Source: an uncultured Candidatus Saccharibacteria bacterium
Lineage (GTDB): Bacteria; Patescibacteriota; Minisyncoccia; Minisyncoccales; GWA2-38-27
Assembly (NCBI GenBank): GCA_964414135.1
Contig: CAYPVI010000002.1
Location: 1 to 36,724, forward strand
Length of the DNA stretch: 36,724 nucleotides
Direction: 5' to 3'
The notes under the pieces were generated by a model. That model was not told where the DNA came from, made no database searches, and was given only the letters and a program-made list of their open reading frames with translations. Position 1 is the first letter of the stretch. Each line of letters starts with the position of its first letter. Positions 26,086 to 33,197 of the stretch are shown one piece after another. A program made the position numbers and the translations under genes.

Positions 26086-26119
26086 AAAAACCTAAAACGC
26101 TTTCAGCGCTTAGGTTTTT
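26086..26119 (-). terminator. Terminator downstream of tRNA-Ala
   Basis: AAAAACCTAAAACGC-TTTC-AGCGCTTAGGTTTTT. Closely related in sequence to the 15704-15737 hairpin. Confidence 0.65.
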
Positions 26120-26124
26120 GTTTG

Positions 26125-26195
26125 TGGACCCAGCGAGAGTCGAACTCGCGATTCCTCTATGCCATAGAGGTGTTTTACCACTATACTATGGGCCC
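26125..26195 (-). tRNA. tRNA-Ala (anticodon GGC)
   Basis: Minus strand: GGGCCCA-TA-GTAT-AGTGGTA-AAAC-A-CCTCT-ATGGCAT-AGAGG-AATC-GCGAG-TTCGACT-CTCGC-TGGGTCC-A. Has the G3:U70 alanine identity pair, a T-loop TTCGA, and no encoded CCA. Confidence 0.88.
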
Positions 26196-26233
26196 AAAAG
26201 ATGAAGAGTAGTATCTTTTTCCTAGTATAGATA

Positions 26234-26986
26234 CTACTCTCCTTCGTCGGCTAATTCTAAAAGATGAGTTACAACTTGTTGAGTTAGTTCTTCCCTTGAT
26301 AGAGCGCTATCAAATCTTACGATTTCTCCTATTTTGATAACAACTTTGTTCCATAAACGTGGAAAGGAATAAAACCGACCTGGTAAATTTGGCATCACCT
26401 TGTCTGAATCATCAATCCATACAAAGAGCACAGAAGCTTTTGTTCTTTTAACTAATGAACCAATCCCTTCTTTTAAATGTCTGAGTTTTTTCCCTTCTTT
26501 AGGACTATAAAATAAATCTTTTTCTGACGCAGACGATGTTCTTCCACCTTCGGGGTACATAATCAGTATTTTGCCTGAATTAACAACGTTTACTGATTTT
26601 ATAAAAGCGGCTCTCATTGATTGTTTATTACCTCTTTCAACCCAAATCATTATTTGTTCCGCCCATTTCCAATACCATTTGTTGTAATTTTTTACTTCAG
26701 GGATATTGTAAGGAGCAAACTTAAATGGATTAATAATATATTGGTCCCCAAATAAACAAGAGACAAGGAAGGGATCTATCAAAGATGGATGATTGCTAGC
26801 CACTATTAATCCATTCTTGAATAAATTTGGATTTTGCCAATGTTTTGGAAAACGTTCAGGATGTACTATTTTAATTCTTCCAGTTAGTCTTTGAAAAAAG
26901 AATATCATAGTAATCCAAAGTCCAATCGTATACACAATCAGTAAAAATCTTAACTTATAGCCAATGCTTTCTTTTTTCGCTTTCAT
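26234..26986 (-). CDS. plsC: 1-acyl-sn-glycerol-3-phosphate (lysophospholipid) acyltransferase
   Basis: N-terminal TM segment. HX4D motif (VASNHPSLIDP) and MYPEGGRT block. Confidence 0.8.
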   Translation of the reverse strand: MKAKKESIGYKLRFLLIVYTIGLWITMIFFFQRLTGRIKIVHPERFPKHWQNPNLFKNGLIVASNHPSLIDPFLVSCLFGDQYIINPFKFAPYNIPEVKNYNKWYWKWAEQIMIWVERGNKQSMRAAFIKSVNVVNSGKILIMYPEGGRTSSASEKDLFYSPKEGKKLRHLKEGIGSLVKRTKASVLFVWIDDSDKVMPNLPGRFYSFPRLWNKVVIKIGEIVRFDSALSREELTQQVVTHLLELADEGE

Positions 26987-27032
26987 TTTTCTATCCTTTC
27001 AAAATGTCAATGAGCAAAACTAATTATTTATT

Positions 27033-27061
27033 ATATTACCCCATTCCCCAAAATTTTTCAA
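27033..27061 (-). promoter_or_regulatory. Candidate promoter for plsC
   Basis: Minus strand: TTGAAA-17 nt-TAATAT. AAGGA SD before the ATG. Confidence 0.45.
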
Positions 27062-27077
27062 CTCTGCTTAGCGGGAC

Positions 27078-27107
27078 CAAAAAAATCCCGAGCGAAACTC
27101 GGGATTT
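27078..27107 (-). terminator. Rho-independent terminator downstream of the maf/NDT-like pair
   Basis: AAATCCCGAG-CGAAA-CTCGGGATTT, followed by T7 on the minus strand. Confidence 0.75.
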
Positions 27108-27153
27108 ATGAAAAAGTAATAAAAATTTTTATAATATAAACTCCTCAAAAGAA

Positions 27154-27582
27154 TTATTGAATCTTACTTAAATCTCCTTTTAAAATAACATCAGCCATTG
27201 CTTTTATTTCATCAACATACGGGGCTTCTTCTGGTATAGGGTTTAATAAAAATACTTTTTTGTTATTAACGTGAGCAAAACCAATTTCTATCAAAGTGTT
27301 GCCTCCAATATAGTTTTTTATTCCATTTTTATCATAATTCAAAACCAAAATACCGTCACTATTTTTTATAGAATCATACCACCATTTTATATAACCATAC
27401 TTTCTTTTAATCTCACTGTGTTCTATATTATTCCTAATATCTTCTAATTCTTTTGCTGTTCCATCTGCAACTCCAAACATATCTTCATGCATCATTGGCT
27501 GATGACCTAATTTCTCCAATTCTTGATAAGCATTAACAAGCTTATCGGCAAATTTTATACTTCCGCAAAGTGTAATTTTCAT
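27154..27582 (-). CDS. Nucleoside 2-deoxyribosyltransferase-like / dNMP N-glycosidase-like protein
   Basis: MKITLCGSIKF start (Rossmann-like beta1) and GGNTLIEIGFAHVNNKKVFLL (conserved Glu-x-Gly-x-Ala block), as in the NDT/Rcl-like fold. Assigned by resemblance only. Confidence 0.45.
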   Translation of the reverse strand: MKITLCGSIKFADKLVNAYQELEKLGHQPMMHEDMFGVADGTAKELEDIRNNIEHSEIKRKYGYIKWWYDSIKNSDGILVLNYDKNGIKNYIGGNTLIEIGFAHVNNKKVFLLNPIPEEAPYVDEIKAMADVILKGDLSKIQ

Positions 27583-27594
27583 AATTAAAAAAGA

Positions 27595-28182
27595 TTAATG
27601 TTCTTCTTTATAACCAATTTCTTTTAATATTTCAACTATCGTTTCCAACGGAATGCCTCCTAAAAGATTATGGTAACTTCCTTCTATTCTCTTCACAAAT
27701 GAAGCGCTGTAATGCTTTATAGGATCATATCCTAAAGCATAAGTATTAAAATTAGGGTCTTCATTAAGGTATCTATTAATTTCTTCTTCAGAAAGCTCTC
27801 TCATAAAAACATCTGTTTTAACAATTTTTGAGATTATCTTGCCTGAAATTGTGTTAATCATATGGACTCCTGTGTAGAATTGATGGTTATTTCCGGAAAA
27901 AGCTTTTAATCTTTGGAAATCTTCTTCTTTTGATTTGGGTTTTTCGAAAATTTGACCGTTAAAGAAACCAACAGAATCCATTCCGATAACAATGGCGTCT
28001 GAATGATTCTCTGCTACTGCCTCGGCCTTCAATCTTGAAAGTCCTTTTATTAATTCTTCGGGATTATTTCTTCTTAATTGAGATTCGTCTACATCGCTTC
28101 CTTCTGCTTCAAAAGGAATTCCCAAATATCCAAATGTTTCCCTGCGATAAGGCGAAATTGTAGCTAAAATTATTTTTGTCAT
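27595..28182 (-). CDS. maf: Maf-family nucleoside triphosphate pyrophosphatase
   Basis: KIILATISPYRRETFGYLGIPFEAEGSDVDE is the Maf N-terminal signature. I prefer the ATG at 28182. The track ORF extends to a TTG at 28218 through a terminator/promoter module. Confidence 0.78.
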   Translation of the reverse strand: MTKIILATISPYRRETFGYLGIPFEAEGSDVDESQLRRNNPEELIKGLSRLKAEAVAENHSDAIVIGMDSVGFFNGQIFEKPKSKEEDFQRLKAFSGNNHQFYTGVHMINTISGKIISKIVKTDVFMRELSEEEINRYLNEDPNFNTYALGYDPIKHYSASFVKRIEGSYHNLLGGIPLETIVEILKEIGYKEEH

Positions 28183-28189
28183 ATATCTT

Positions 28190-28218
28190 ATTCTATCAAA
28201 AAATCGCCTCTTTGGCAA
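28190..28218 (-). promoter_or_regulatory. Candidate promoter giving a (near-)leaderless maf transcript
   Basis: Minus strand: TTGCCA-17 nt-TAGAAT-AAGATAT-ATG. The -35 box lies inside the AAAATTGCC..GGCGATTTTTT hairpin. Confidence 0.45.
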
Positions 28219-28237
28219 TTTTACTGTTTATGTTTAA

Positions 28238-28762
28238 TTAAAGTTCATACTCCCAATATGGTTGCCATTTGAACGACACGCTTAAGCACTCTTCAAGAGT
28301 TTTACCGCCAGCAAGCGTATCTAAACCAAATTGAGTAGCACGATGACCAACAACTAAAACTATCTTATCTGGATACTTTTCTTTTAATTCTTTATAAAAA
28401 TTGTGAACCCTAATCATTGCTTGCTTATAGCTTTCTCCATTTGGAAAGGGTTGTTTTATTCTCTCTTTCTTCATGTAACCTACAATGTCGCTTGGTTTGC
28501 CGTTAAAATCACCGTAATTTAACTCTCTCAGTCTTTTATCAATGATTACGGGTATTTTATCTCCAAAAGCTATTTTTACAGTATTAACTGCTCTCTTTAA
28601 ATCGGAACAGCAGATTAAATTTATTTTTATATCTTTGAATTTCTTTCCCATTTCTTTGGCTTGTTCAATACCAAGTTTGGATAATTCAACATTTTTCCAA
28701 CCAGAAGCTATTCCCGCTTCATTATCCTTAGTTGTTGCGTGAGCTGCAAAGTAGATTTTCAT
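28238..28762 (-). CDS. Histidine phosphatase superfamily (phosphoglycerate-mutase-like) protein, atypical N-terminal motif
   Basis: MKIYFAAHATTKDNE aligns to the RHGET/Q..N motif with Arg replaced by Ala. Also LICCSDLKRAVNT, LRELNYGDFNGK and VVGHRATQ blocks. Confidence 0.6.
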   Translation of the reverse strand: MKIYFAAHATTKDNEAGIASGWKNVELSKLGIEQAKEMGKKFKDIKINLICCSDLKRAVNTVKIAFGDKIPVIIDKRLRELNYGDFNGKPSDIVGYMKKERIKQPFPNGESYKQAMIRVHNFYKELKEKYPDKIVLVVGHRATQFGLDTLAGGKTLEECLSVSFKWQPYWEYEL

Positions 28763-28774
28763 ATACGCATTAAT

Positions 28775-29347
28775 TTATTGTTCTTCATATTTTACTTCTT
28801 CTGGAAATAGTAATTGAAATGGATAACCCATATATCTTTTTATCTTCCCACATCCCATGTCTTTAAGGAAAGCTACCATTTCTTCGGTGATTTTCTTAGG
28901 GTCAACTTTCTCCTCTTTACCAATATATTCAATTTCTACAAAATCCCCAAGTTCCTTTATCGAATCCATAGCAATTTCATAATTTTTATATATCCAAGTT
29001 TTCCTTAACTTATAAACTTTTACAATAGATTTAAAATTAAGAGCTTCTAATATTTTTTTAATTTGAGCTAAATCTTCCGTTTTTGTTTCGTGTTCATCAC
29101 AATAGCACCCTTTACCATCTTCATTAGAATGCCAATTTTTATAGTTTATGAAATACTGGCCGTCCGAATCTCTTAATCTTAACCATTCTTTTACTGGACG
29201 AACCCCGATGAAATTACGATGAGCCGGAGAAAAATACTCATCTATTTGATAATTTTCTGACCGAAAACCGGCATTCTTTTCTAAGAACTCTATTAGTGGT
29301 TTGCTATTTTCAATTTTTACTTGAATTTCTATTTCAATATTGTTCAT
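28775..29347 (-). CDS. CYTH-domain protein (class IV adenylate cyclase / triphosphate tunnel metalloenzyme-like)
   Basis: N-terminal EIEIQVKI (ExExK-like), WLRLRDSDG, and GDFVEIEY near the C-terminus. Confidence 0.7.
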   Translation of the reverse strand: MNNIEIEIQVKIENSKPLIEFLEKNAGFRSENYQIDEYFSPAHRNFIGVRPVKEWLRLRDSDGQYFINYKNWHSNEDGKGCYCDEHETKTEDLAQIKKILEALNFKSIVKVYKLRKTWIYKNYEIAMDSIKELGDFVEIEYIGKEEKVDPKKITEEMVAFLKDMGCGKIKRYMGYPFQLLFPEEVKYEEQ

Positions 29348-29353
29348 ATTCCC

Positions 29354-29382
29354 ATTCTACCCTCACTATTAAAAGTTTTCAA
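29354..29382 (-). promoter_or_regulatory. Candidate promoter giving a leaderless CYTH / His-phosphatase transcript
   Basis: Minus strand: TTGAAA-17 nt-TAGAAT-GGGAAT-ATG. Confidence 0.5.
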
Positions 29383-29402
29383 CTTTGGTGTGAGGGTAAA
29401 CC

Positions 29403-29454
29403 AAAAAATCGCCCCTTTGGCGATTTTTCAACTATTGAGGTTCAACCTCAATAG
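29403..29454 (-). terminator. Two stem-loops downstream of tRNA-Lys
   Basis: AAAAAATCGCC-CCTTT-GGCGATTTTT (29403-28) and CTATTGAGG-TTCAA-CCTCAATAG (29432-54). Confidence 0.65.
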
Positions 29455-29466
29455 ATTAATTGAAAG

Positions 29467-29540
29467 TGGGTCCGGCGCGAATCGAACGCGCAACCTTTTC
29501 CTTAAAAGGGAACTGCTCTACCTGATTGAGCTACGGACCC
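29467..29540 (-). tRNA. tRNA-Lys (anticodon UUU)
   Basis: Minus strand: GGGTCCG-TA-GCTC-AATCAGGTA-GAGC-A-GTTCC-CTTTTAA-GGAAA-AGGTT-GCGCG-TTCGATT-CGCGC-CGGACCC-A. Confidence 0.9.
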
Positions 29541-29565
29541 ATTTATTGAGTTATTTTGCCATAAT

Positions 29566-29656
29566 TTTAAAATAAAATCAACTCTTGAAGTTGATTTCAA
29601 TAATTGGGAGACCGGGTCTCCCAATTATGTCTCAATTATGTTTCACGATCGTGAAA
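29566..29656 (-). terminator. Three consecutive stem-loops downstream of dnaJ; the last has a U-tract
   Basis: TTTCACGATCGTGAAA (29641-56). AATTGGGAGAC-CGG-GTCTCCCAATT (29602-26). AATCAACT-CTTGA-AGTTGATT (29576-96), followed by TTATTTT on the minus strand. Confidence 0.65.
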
Positions 29657-29662
29657 TAAACA

Positions 29663-30754
29663 TTATAATCCTTCTTCTTGCAGTTTCTTTAATAATTCTT
29701 TTTGGGTTTTTGTCAAACGTTTTGGTGTTTTGACAATCAATTGAACATATAAGCTCCCTCTGCCGTATCCTGAAAAATGAGGAATTCCTTTTCCGGAGAT
29801 CCGCAGGATTTTACCTGACTCTAAACCCGAAGGAATTTTAAGCAAAATTTTTGTTCCTTCTAAGGTTAGTATTTCAGCTTCATCTCCTAAAGCTGCCTGA
29901 GAAAAAGAAATCTCCCGAGAAACAAACAAATCATCTCCCCTTCTTTGAAAAACTGAGTGTTCTTTCACCGAAATTCTTATATATAAATCTCCCGGCTTTC
30001 CCCCTTTCCTCCCAGCTTCTCCTTTTCCGGAAATCTTTATCGCTTGATTTGAATCAACTCCGGCTGGAATAAAAACCTTAATGTCTTCCTCTCCCTTAAT
30101 CCTCCCCTCTCCTTTACAAACATTACAAGGTTTTTCCGGTTTCTGGCCTTCGCCGCCGCATTCAGGACAGACAGTCCAATGAGTAAAAGAACCCAAAAAA
30201 GTTCTTTTTATTTGCTGAACTTCACCTGTGCCCCGACAAGAAAAACACTCATTTAAAGAAGTGCCTGGCTCAGCTCCTTTGCCCTGACAACGAGAACACA
30301 AAATCTGCTTGTATAAAGTAATTTCTTTGGTTGAACCTTTTAAGATTTCTTCTAAAGGAAGCTCAATGTCAATTTTAATGTCTTTGCCTTTTTTATGGTT
30401 CTTTCTTTGTGCTCCTTCTCTACCCCCGGAACTAAAAAAATCTTCAAACATCTCACCTAAGTTTTCAAAATCAAATTCCACATCAGGCCCTTGTCCCGAA
30501 GATTTTCCCCAAGCCCAATTAAAACTAGACCCTGGACCCGGCTCTCCGCCTTCAAAAACTTGACCAAATCTATCATACTGCGATTTCTTCTCCTTATTAG
30601 ACAAAACCTGATATGCTTCGTTTATCTCTTTAAATTTTTTTTCATCTCCGCCTTTGTGGGGATGATGTTTATGAGCTAATTTATAAAAAGCTTTTTTAAT
30701 TTCTTCTAATGAAGCATCACGTGAAATACCTAAAATTTTATAGTAATCCTTCAT
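29663..30754 (-). CDS. dnaJ: Chaperone DnaJ (type I: J domain, short G/F region, 4x CxxCxGxG zinc finger)
   Basis: DYYKILGISRDASLEEIKKAFYKLAHKHHPHKGG is the J domain, with HPH in place of HPD. Zinc-finger repeats CSRCQGKG, CFSCRGTG, CPECGGEG, CNVCKGEG. Confidence 0.92.
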   Translation of the reverse strand: MKDYYKILGISRDASLEEIKKAFYKLAHKHHPHKGGDEKKFKEINEAYQVLSNKEKKSQYDRFGQVFEGGEPGPGSSFNWAWGKSSGQGPDVEFDFENLGEMFEDFFSSGGREGAQRKNHKKGKDIKIDIELPLEEILKGSTKEITLYKQILCSRCQGKGAEPGTSLNECFSCRGTGEVQQIKRTFLGSFTHWTVCPECGGEGQKPEKPCNVCKGEGRIKGEEDIKVFIPAGVDSNQAIKISGKGEAGRKGGKPGDLYIRISVKEHSVFQRRGDDLFVSREISFSQAALGDEAEILTLEGTKILLKIPSGLESGKILRISGKGIPHFSGYGRGSLYVQLIVKTPKRLTKTQKELLKKLQEEGL

Positions 30755-30770
30755 AATTCAAATATTAGTC

Positions 30771-32663
30771 TTACGATTTCTCTTTGAACTCTCCTTCTTC
30801 AGCGTCTTTTCCTTTATCTTTTTCCTTTGGCTTTTCTTTCTTTTGCGCTTCTTGAGCTGCTTTATAAACCTCGGCTCCAGCTTTCTGAATTATCTGGGAA
30901 AGTTCTGTGGTTTTATTCTTTATTTCTTCTATATTATCACTATCTTTAACTTTTTTCAACGCTTCTGCTTTCTCCTCTATTTCTTTTTTCAATCCTTCGT
31001 CTATTTTATCTCCGGTATCCCTTACCATTTTTTCCCAAGTATAAATTAAATTATCGGCAACATTCCGGGCCTCAATAAACCCTTTCTTTTTTTTATCCTC
31101 CTCCGTATGGAGCTCAGCTTCTTTCTTCATCTTTTCAATTTCCTCTTTTGACATTCCTATTGAACCCTCAATCCTAATTGACTGCTCTTTACCGGTTGCC
31201 TTATCTTTAGCTGAAACATTTAAAATTCCGTTACTATCTACATCAAAGCTAACTTCAATCTGGGGAACTCCTCTTGGAGACGGAGGAATGCCGTCTAACA
31301 TAAATCTTCCCAGGGTTTTGTTATCTTGCGCTATTGGTCTCTCTCCCTGCAAAACATGAACTTCCACAGAAGTTTGACTGTCAGCTGCTGTTGAGAAAAT
31401 CTGGGTCTTAGCAGTCGGATAAATAGTATTTTTAGGAATTAAAATAGTACTAACTGCTCCCATGGTTTCAATTCCCAAAGAAAGAGGCGTGGCATCTAAC
31501 AAAAGCACTTCTTTTGTTTCGCCTCCGATAATTGCCCCTTCAATAGCAGCTCCAGCCGCTACCACTTCATCAGGGTTAATTGACTTATTCGGCTCTTTGC
31601 CAAAAAGATTTTTAACTGCCTCTTGGATAGCTGGCATTCTTGTTTGACCGCCGACTAAGACAATCTCTTCAATATCTTTTGGCTCAAGCTTTGCCCCTTT
31701 TAAGGTCTCTTTCACCAAATCAATTGATTTTTCAACATAATCTTTAACTAAATTCTCGAGCTGAGCCCGAGTAAATTTTAAATAAAGATGTTTTGGACCC
31801 GAAGAATCTGAAGTAACAAAAGGAAGATTAATTTCTGTTTCTAAGGTTGTTGATAATTCAATTTTTGCTTTTTCGGCCGCTTCTTTAATTCTCTGTAAAG
31901 CTAATTGGTCTTTTGATAAGTCAATCCCCTGGTCTTTTTTAAACTCATCAATTATCCAATTCATTACTTTCTGGTCAAAATCATCTCCGCCCAGATGAGT
32001 ATCTCCGCCTACGCCAATTACTTCAACCGTATCAGGGTCTTTGCAAATGTCTAAAATTGAAACATCAAAAGTTCCTCCGCCAAAATCATAAACTAAGATT
32101 TGCTGTCCTTTTATTTTGGTTAAACCATAAGATAAAGCAGCAGCTGTTGGCTCGTTAATTACCAACTTAACGTTTAAACCGGCGATCTCTCCGGCAATCT
32201 TTGTTGCTTTTCTCTGAGAATCATCAAAATAAGCAGGGCAAGTGATTACGGCATCGGTAATCTTTTCCCCTATCTTTTCCTCAGCATCCTGCTTTAACTT
32301 CTGTAAAATCATTGCTGAAATTTCAGCTGTCTTGTGCCATTTATCTCCCATCTTTACTTCCACTCCCCCATCATTTGATTCTCTAATTTCATACGGCAAA
32401 AACTTCTTGTCCTTTTGAACTTCTGGATCAGAAAATCTCCGACCAACTAATCTCTTAATGGAAAAAATAGTATTTTTTGGGTTGGTAATCTGTTGACGTC
32501 TAGCTGTAACCCCAACCAATCTCTCTCCGTTTTTGGTCAAAGCAACAACCGAAGGAGTAGTTCTTCCCCCTTCTTTATTCTCAATAATCTTCGGCTCGCC
32601 GTTTTCCATTATAGCGGTAGCTGAAAAAGTTGTACCAAGATCAATACCTAAAATTTTTGACAT
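30771..32663 (-). CDS. dnaK: Chaperone DnaK (Hsp70)
   Basis: GIDLGTTFS, DFGGGTFDVSIL, VLVGGQTRMPAIQE, and a lysine/glutamate-rich C-terminal tail. 630 aa. Confidence 0.96.
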   Translation of the reverse strand: MSKILGIDLGTTFSATAIMENGEPKIIENKEGGRTTPSVVALTKNGERLVGVTARRQQITNPKNTIFSIKRLVGRRFSDPEVQKDKKFLPYEIRESNDGGVEVKMGDKWHKTAEISAMILQKLKQDAEEKIGEKITDAVITCPAYFDDSQRKATKIAGEIAGLNVKLVINEPTAAALSYGLTKIKGQQILVYDFGGGTFDVSILDICKDPDTVEVIGVGGDTHLGGDDFDQKVMNWIIDEFKKDQGIDLSKDQLALQRIKEAAEKAKIELSTTLETEINLPFVTSDSSGPKHLYLKFTRAQLENLVKDYVEKSIDLVKETLKGAKLEPKDIEEIVLVGGQTRMPAIQEAVKNLFGKEPNKSINPDEVVAAGAAIEGAIIGGETKEVLLLDATPLSLGIETMGAVSTILIPKNTIYPTAKTQIFSTAADSQTSVEVHVLQGERPIAQDNKTLGRFMLDGIPPSPRGVPQIEVSFDVDSNGILNVSAKDKATGKEQSIRIEGSIGMSKEEIEKMKKEAELHTEEDKKKKGFIEARNVADNLIYTWEKMVRDTGDKIDEGLKKEIEEKAEALKKVKDSDNIEEIKNKTTELSQIIQKAGAEVYKAAQEAQKKEKPKEKDKGKDAEEGEFKEKS

Positions 32664-32664
32664 A

Positions 32665-33105
32665 TTAATTTGCTATTTTTACTTTGGCAGGCCTGATAAC
32701 CTTGCCATGTAAAAGATAACCTTTTTTAATTTCTTCAATAATAATTCCCTCTTCTTTTCCTTCGGCTTCTACTTTTTCCAATGCTTCTTGGAAATTCGGG
32801 TCAAATTTCTCGCCCAAACATTTCATCTCTTTAACTTCTTGATTTTCTAAAAAATCTAAAATCTGAGTTTTTATCTTTAAAAAACCCTGAACCCAAAGAT
32901 TTTCTTTAAGTTCTCCGGGGAGTTTTTTTTCGGCAATATATATATTATCAAGAATTGGCAAAATTTTCAATATCAATTCTTGATTAGCAAATTTCACAAA
33001 CTCGCCCACTCTTTCTGCTTCCTCCTTCTTATAATTCAAAAAAGACGCTCTTTCCCTTTTCCAGTTCTCTAAATATTCCGGTTCTTTTTTATGTTTTTTA
33101 CTCAT
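32665..33105 (-). CDS. grpE: Nucleotide exchange factor GrpE
   Basis: 146 aa. Has NYKKEEAER, FDPNFQEAL and GYLLHGKVIRPAKVKI, typical of GrpE. Immediately upstream of dnaK. Confidence 0.88.
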   Translation of the reverse strand: MSKKHKKEPEYLENWKRERASFLNYKKEEAERVGEFVKFANQELILKILPILDNIYIAEKKLPGELKENLWVQGFLKIKTQILDFLENQEVKEMKCLGEKFDPNFQEALEKVEAEGKEEGIIIEEIKKGYLLHGKVIRPAKVKIAN

Positions 33106-33182
33106 ATTTCTATAAATTTATTGTAGAGAATTATACCCAAAAGTCAAGGACAAAGGGTGTTAATTTCTTTTTTTTAAAAATA

Positions 33183-33191
33183 TGGTAAAAT
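33183..33191 (+). promoter_or_regulatory. Extended -10 element 6 nt upstream of the GT39 ATG (leaderless candidate)
   Basis: TGGTAAAAT-ATTTTA-ATG. No good -35 box and no SD. Confidence 0.4.
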
Positions 33192-33197
33192 ATTTTA

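Noticed and set aside
26005-26211. 68-aa plus-strand ORF.
   Set aside because: It overlaps tRNA-Ala (26125-26195, minus strand) and its terminator. The translation has no features.
28183-28218. N-terminal extension of Maf (MPKRRFFDRIRY) from the track ORF start at 28218.
   Set aside because: The codon at 28216-28218 is TTG, not ATG. The extension is encoded by the terminator hairpin and promoter module, and the Maf signature begins right after the ATG at 28182.
29321-29575. 84-aa plus-strand ORF.
   Set aside because: It runs across the CYTH promoter, two terminator hairpins and tRNA-Lys (29467-29540).
2775-31647. Numerous 60-136-aa ORFs in the track lying antisense to, or out of frame within, long well-supported genes. 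Examples: 2775..2984, 2965..3159, 4658..5029, 5558..5791, 5939..6169, 9070..9255, 10074..10283, 10695..10910, 11729..12127, 13178..13381, 13729..14034, 13958..14191, 13998..14408, 15253..15453, 15641..16003, 16121..16339, 17417..17617, 21554..21787, 21868..22107, 23637..23858, 24842..25033, 28542..28742, 28814..29008, 29851..30072, 30309..30563, 30491..30679, 30843..31049, 31462..31647.
   Set aside because: These are shadow ORFs of AT-rich coding sequence. They have low-complexity F/L/I/K/S-rich translations, no motifs and no start signals, and each is fully overlapped by a gene with clear family signatures.
33106-33197. CIRCE/HrcA operator (TTAGCACTC-N9-GAGTGCTAA) upstream of grpE-dnaK-dnaJ.
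   Set aside because: No such inverted repeat is present in the grpE upstream region.
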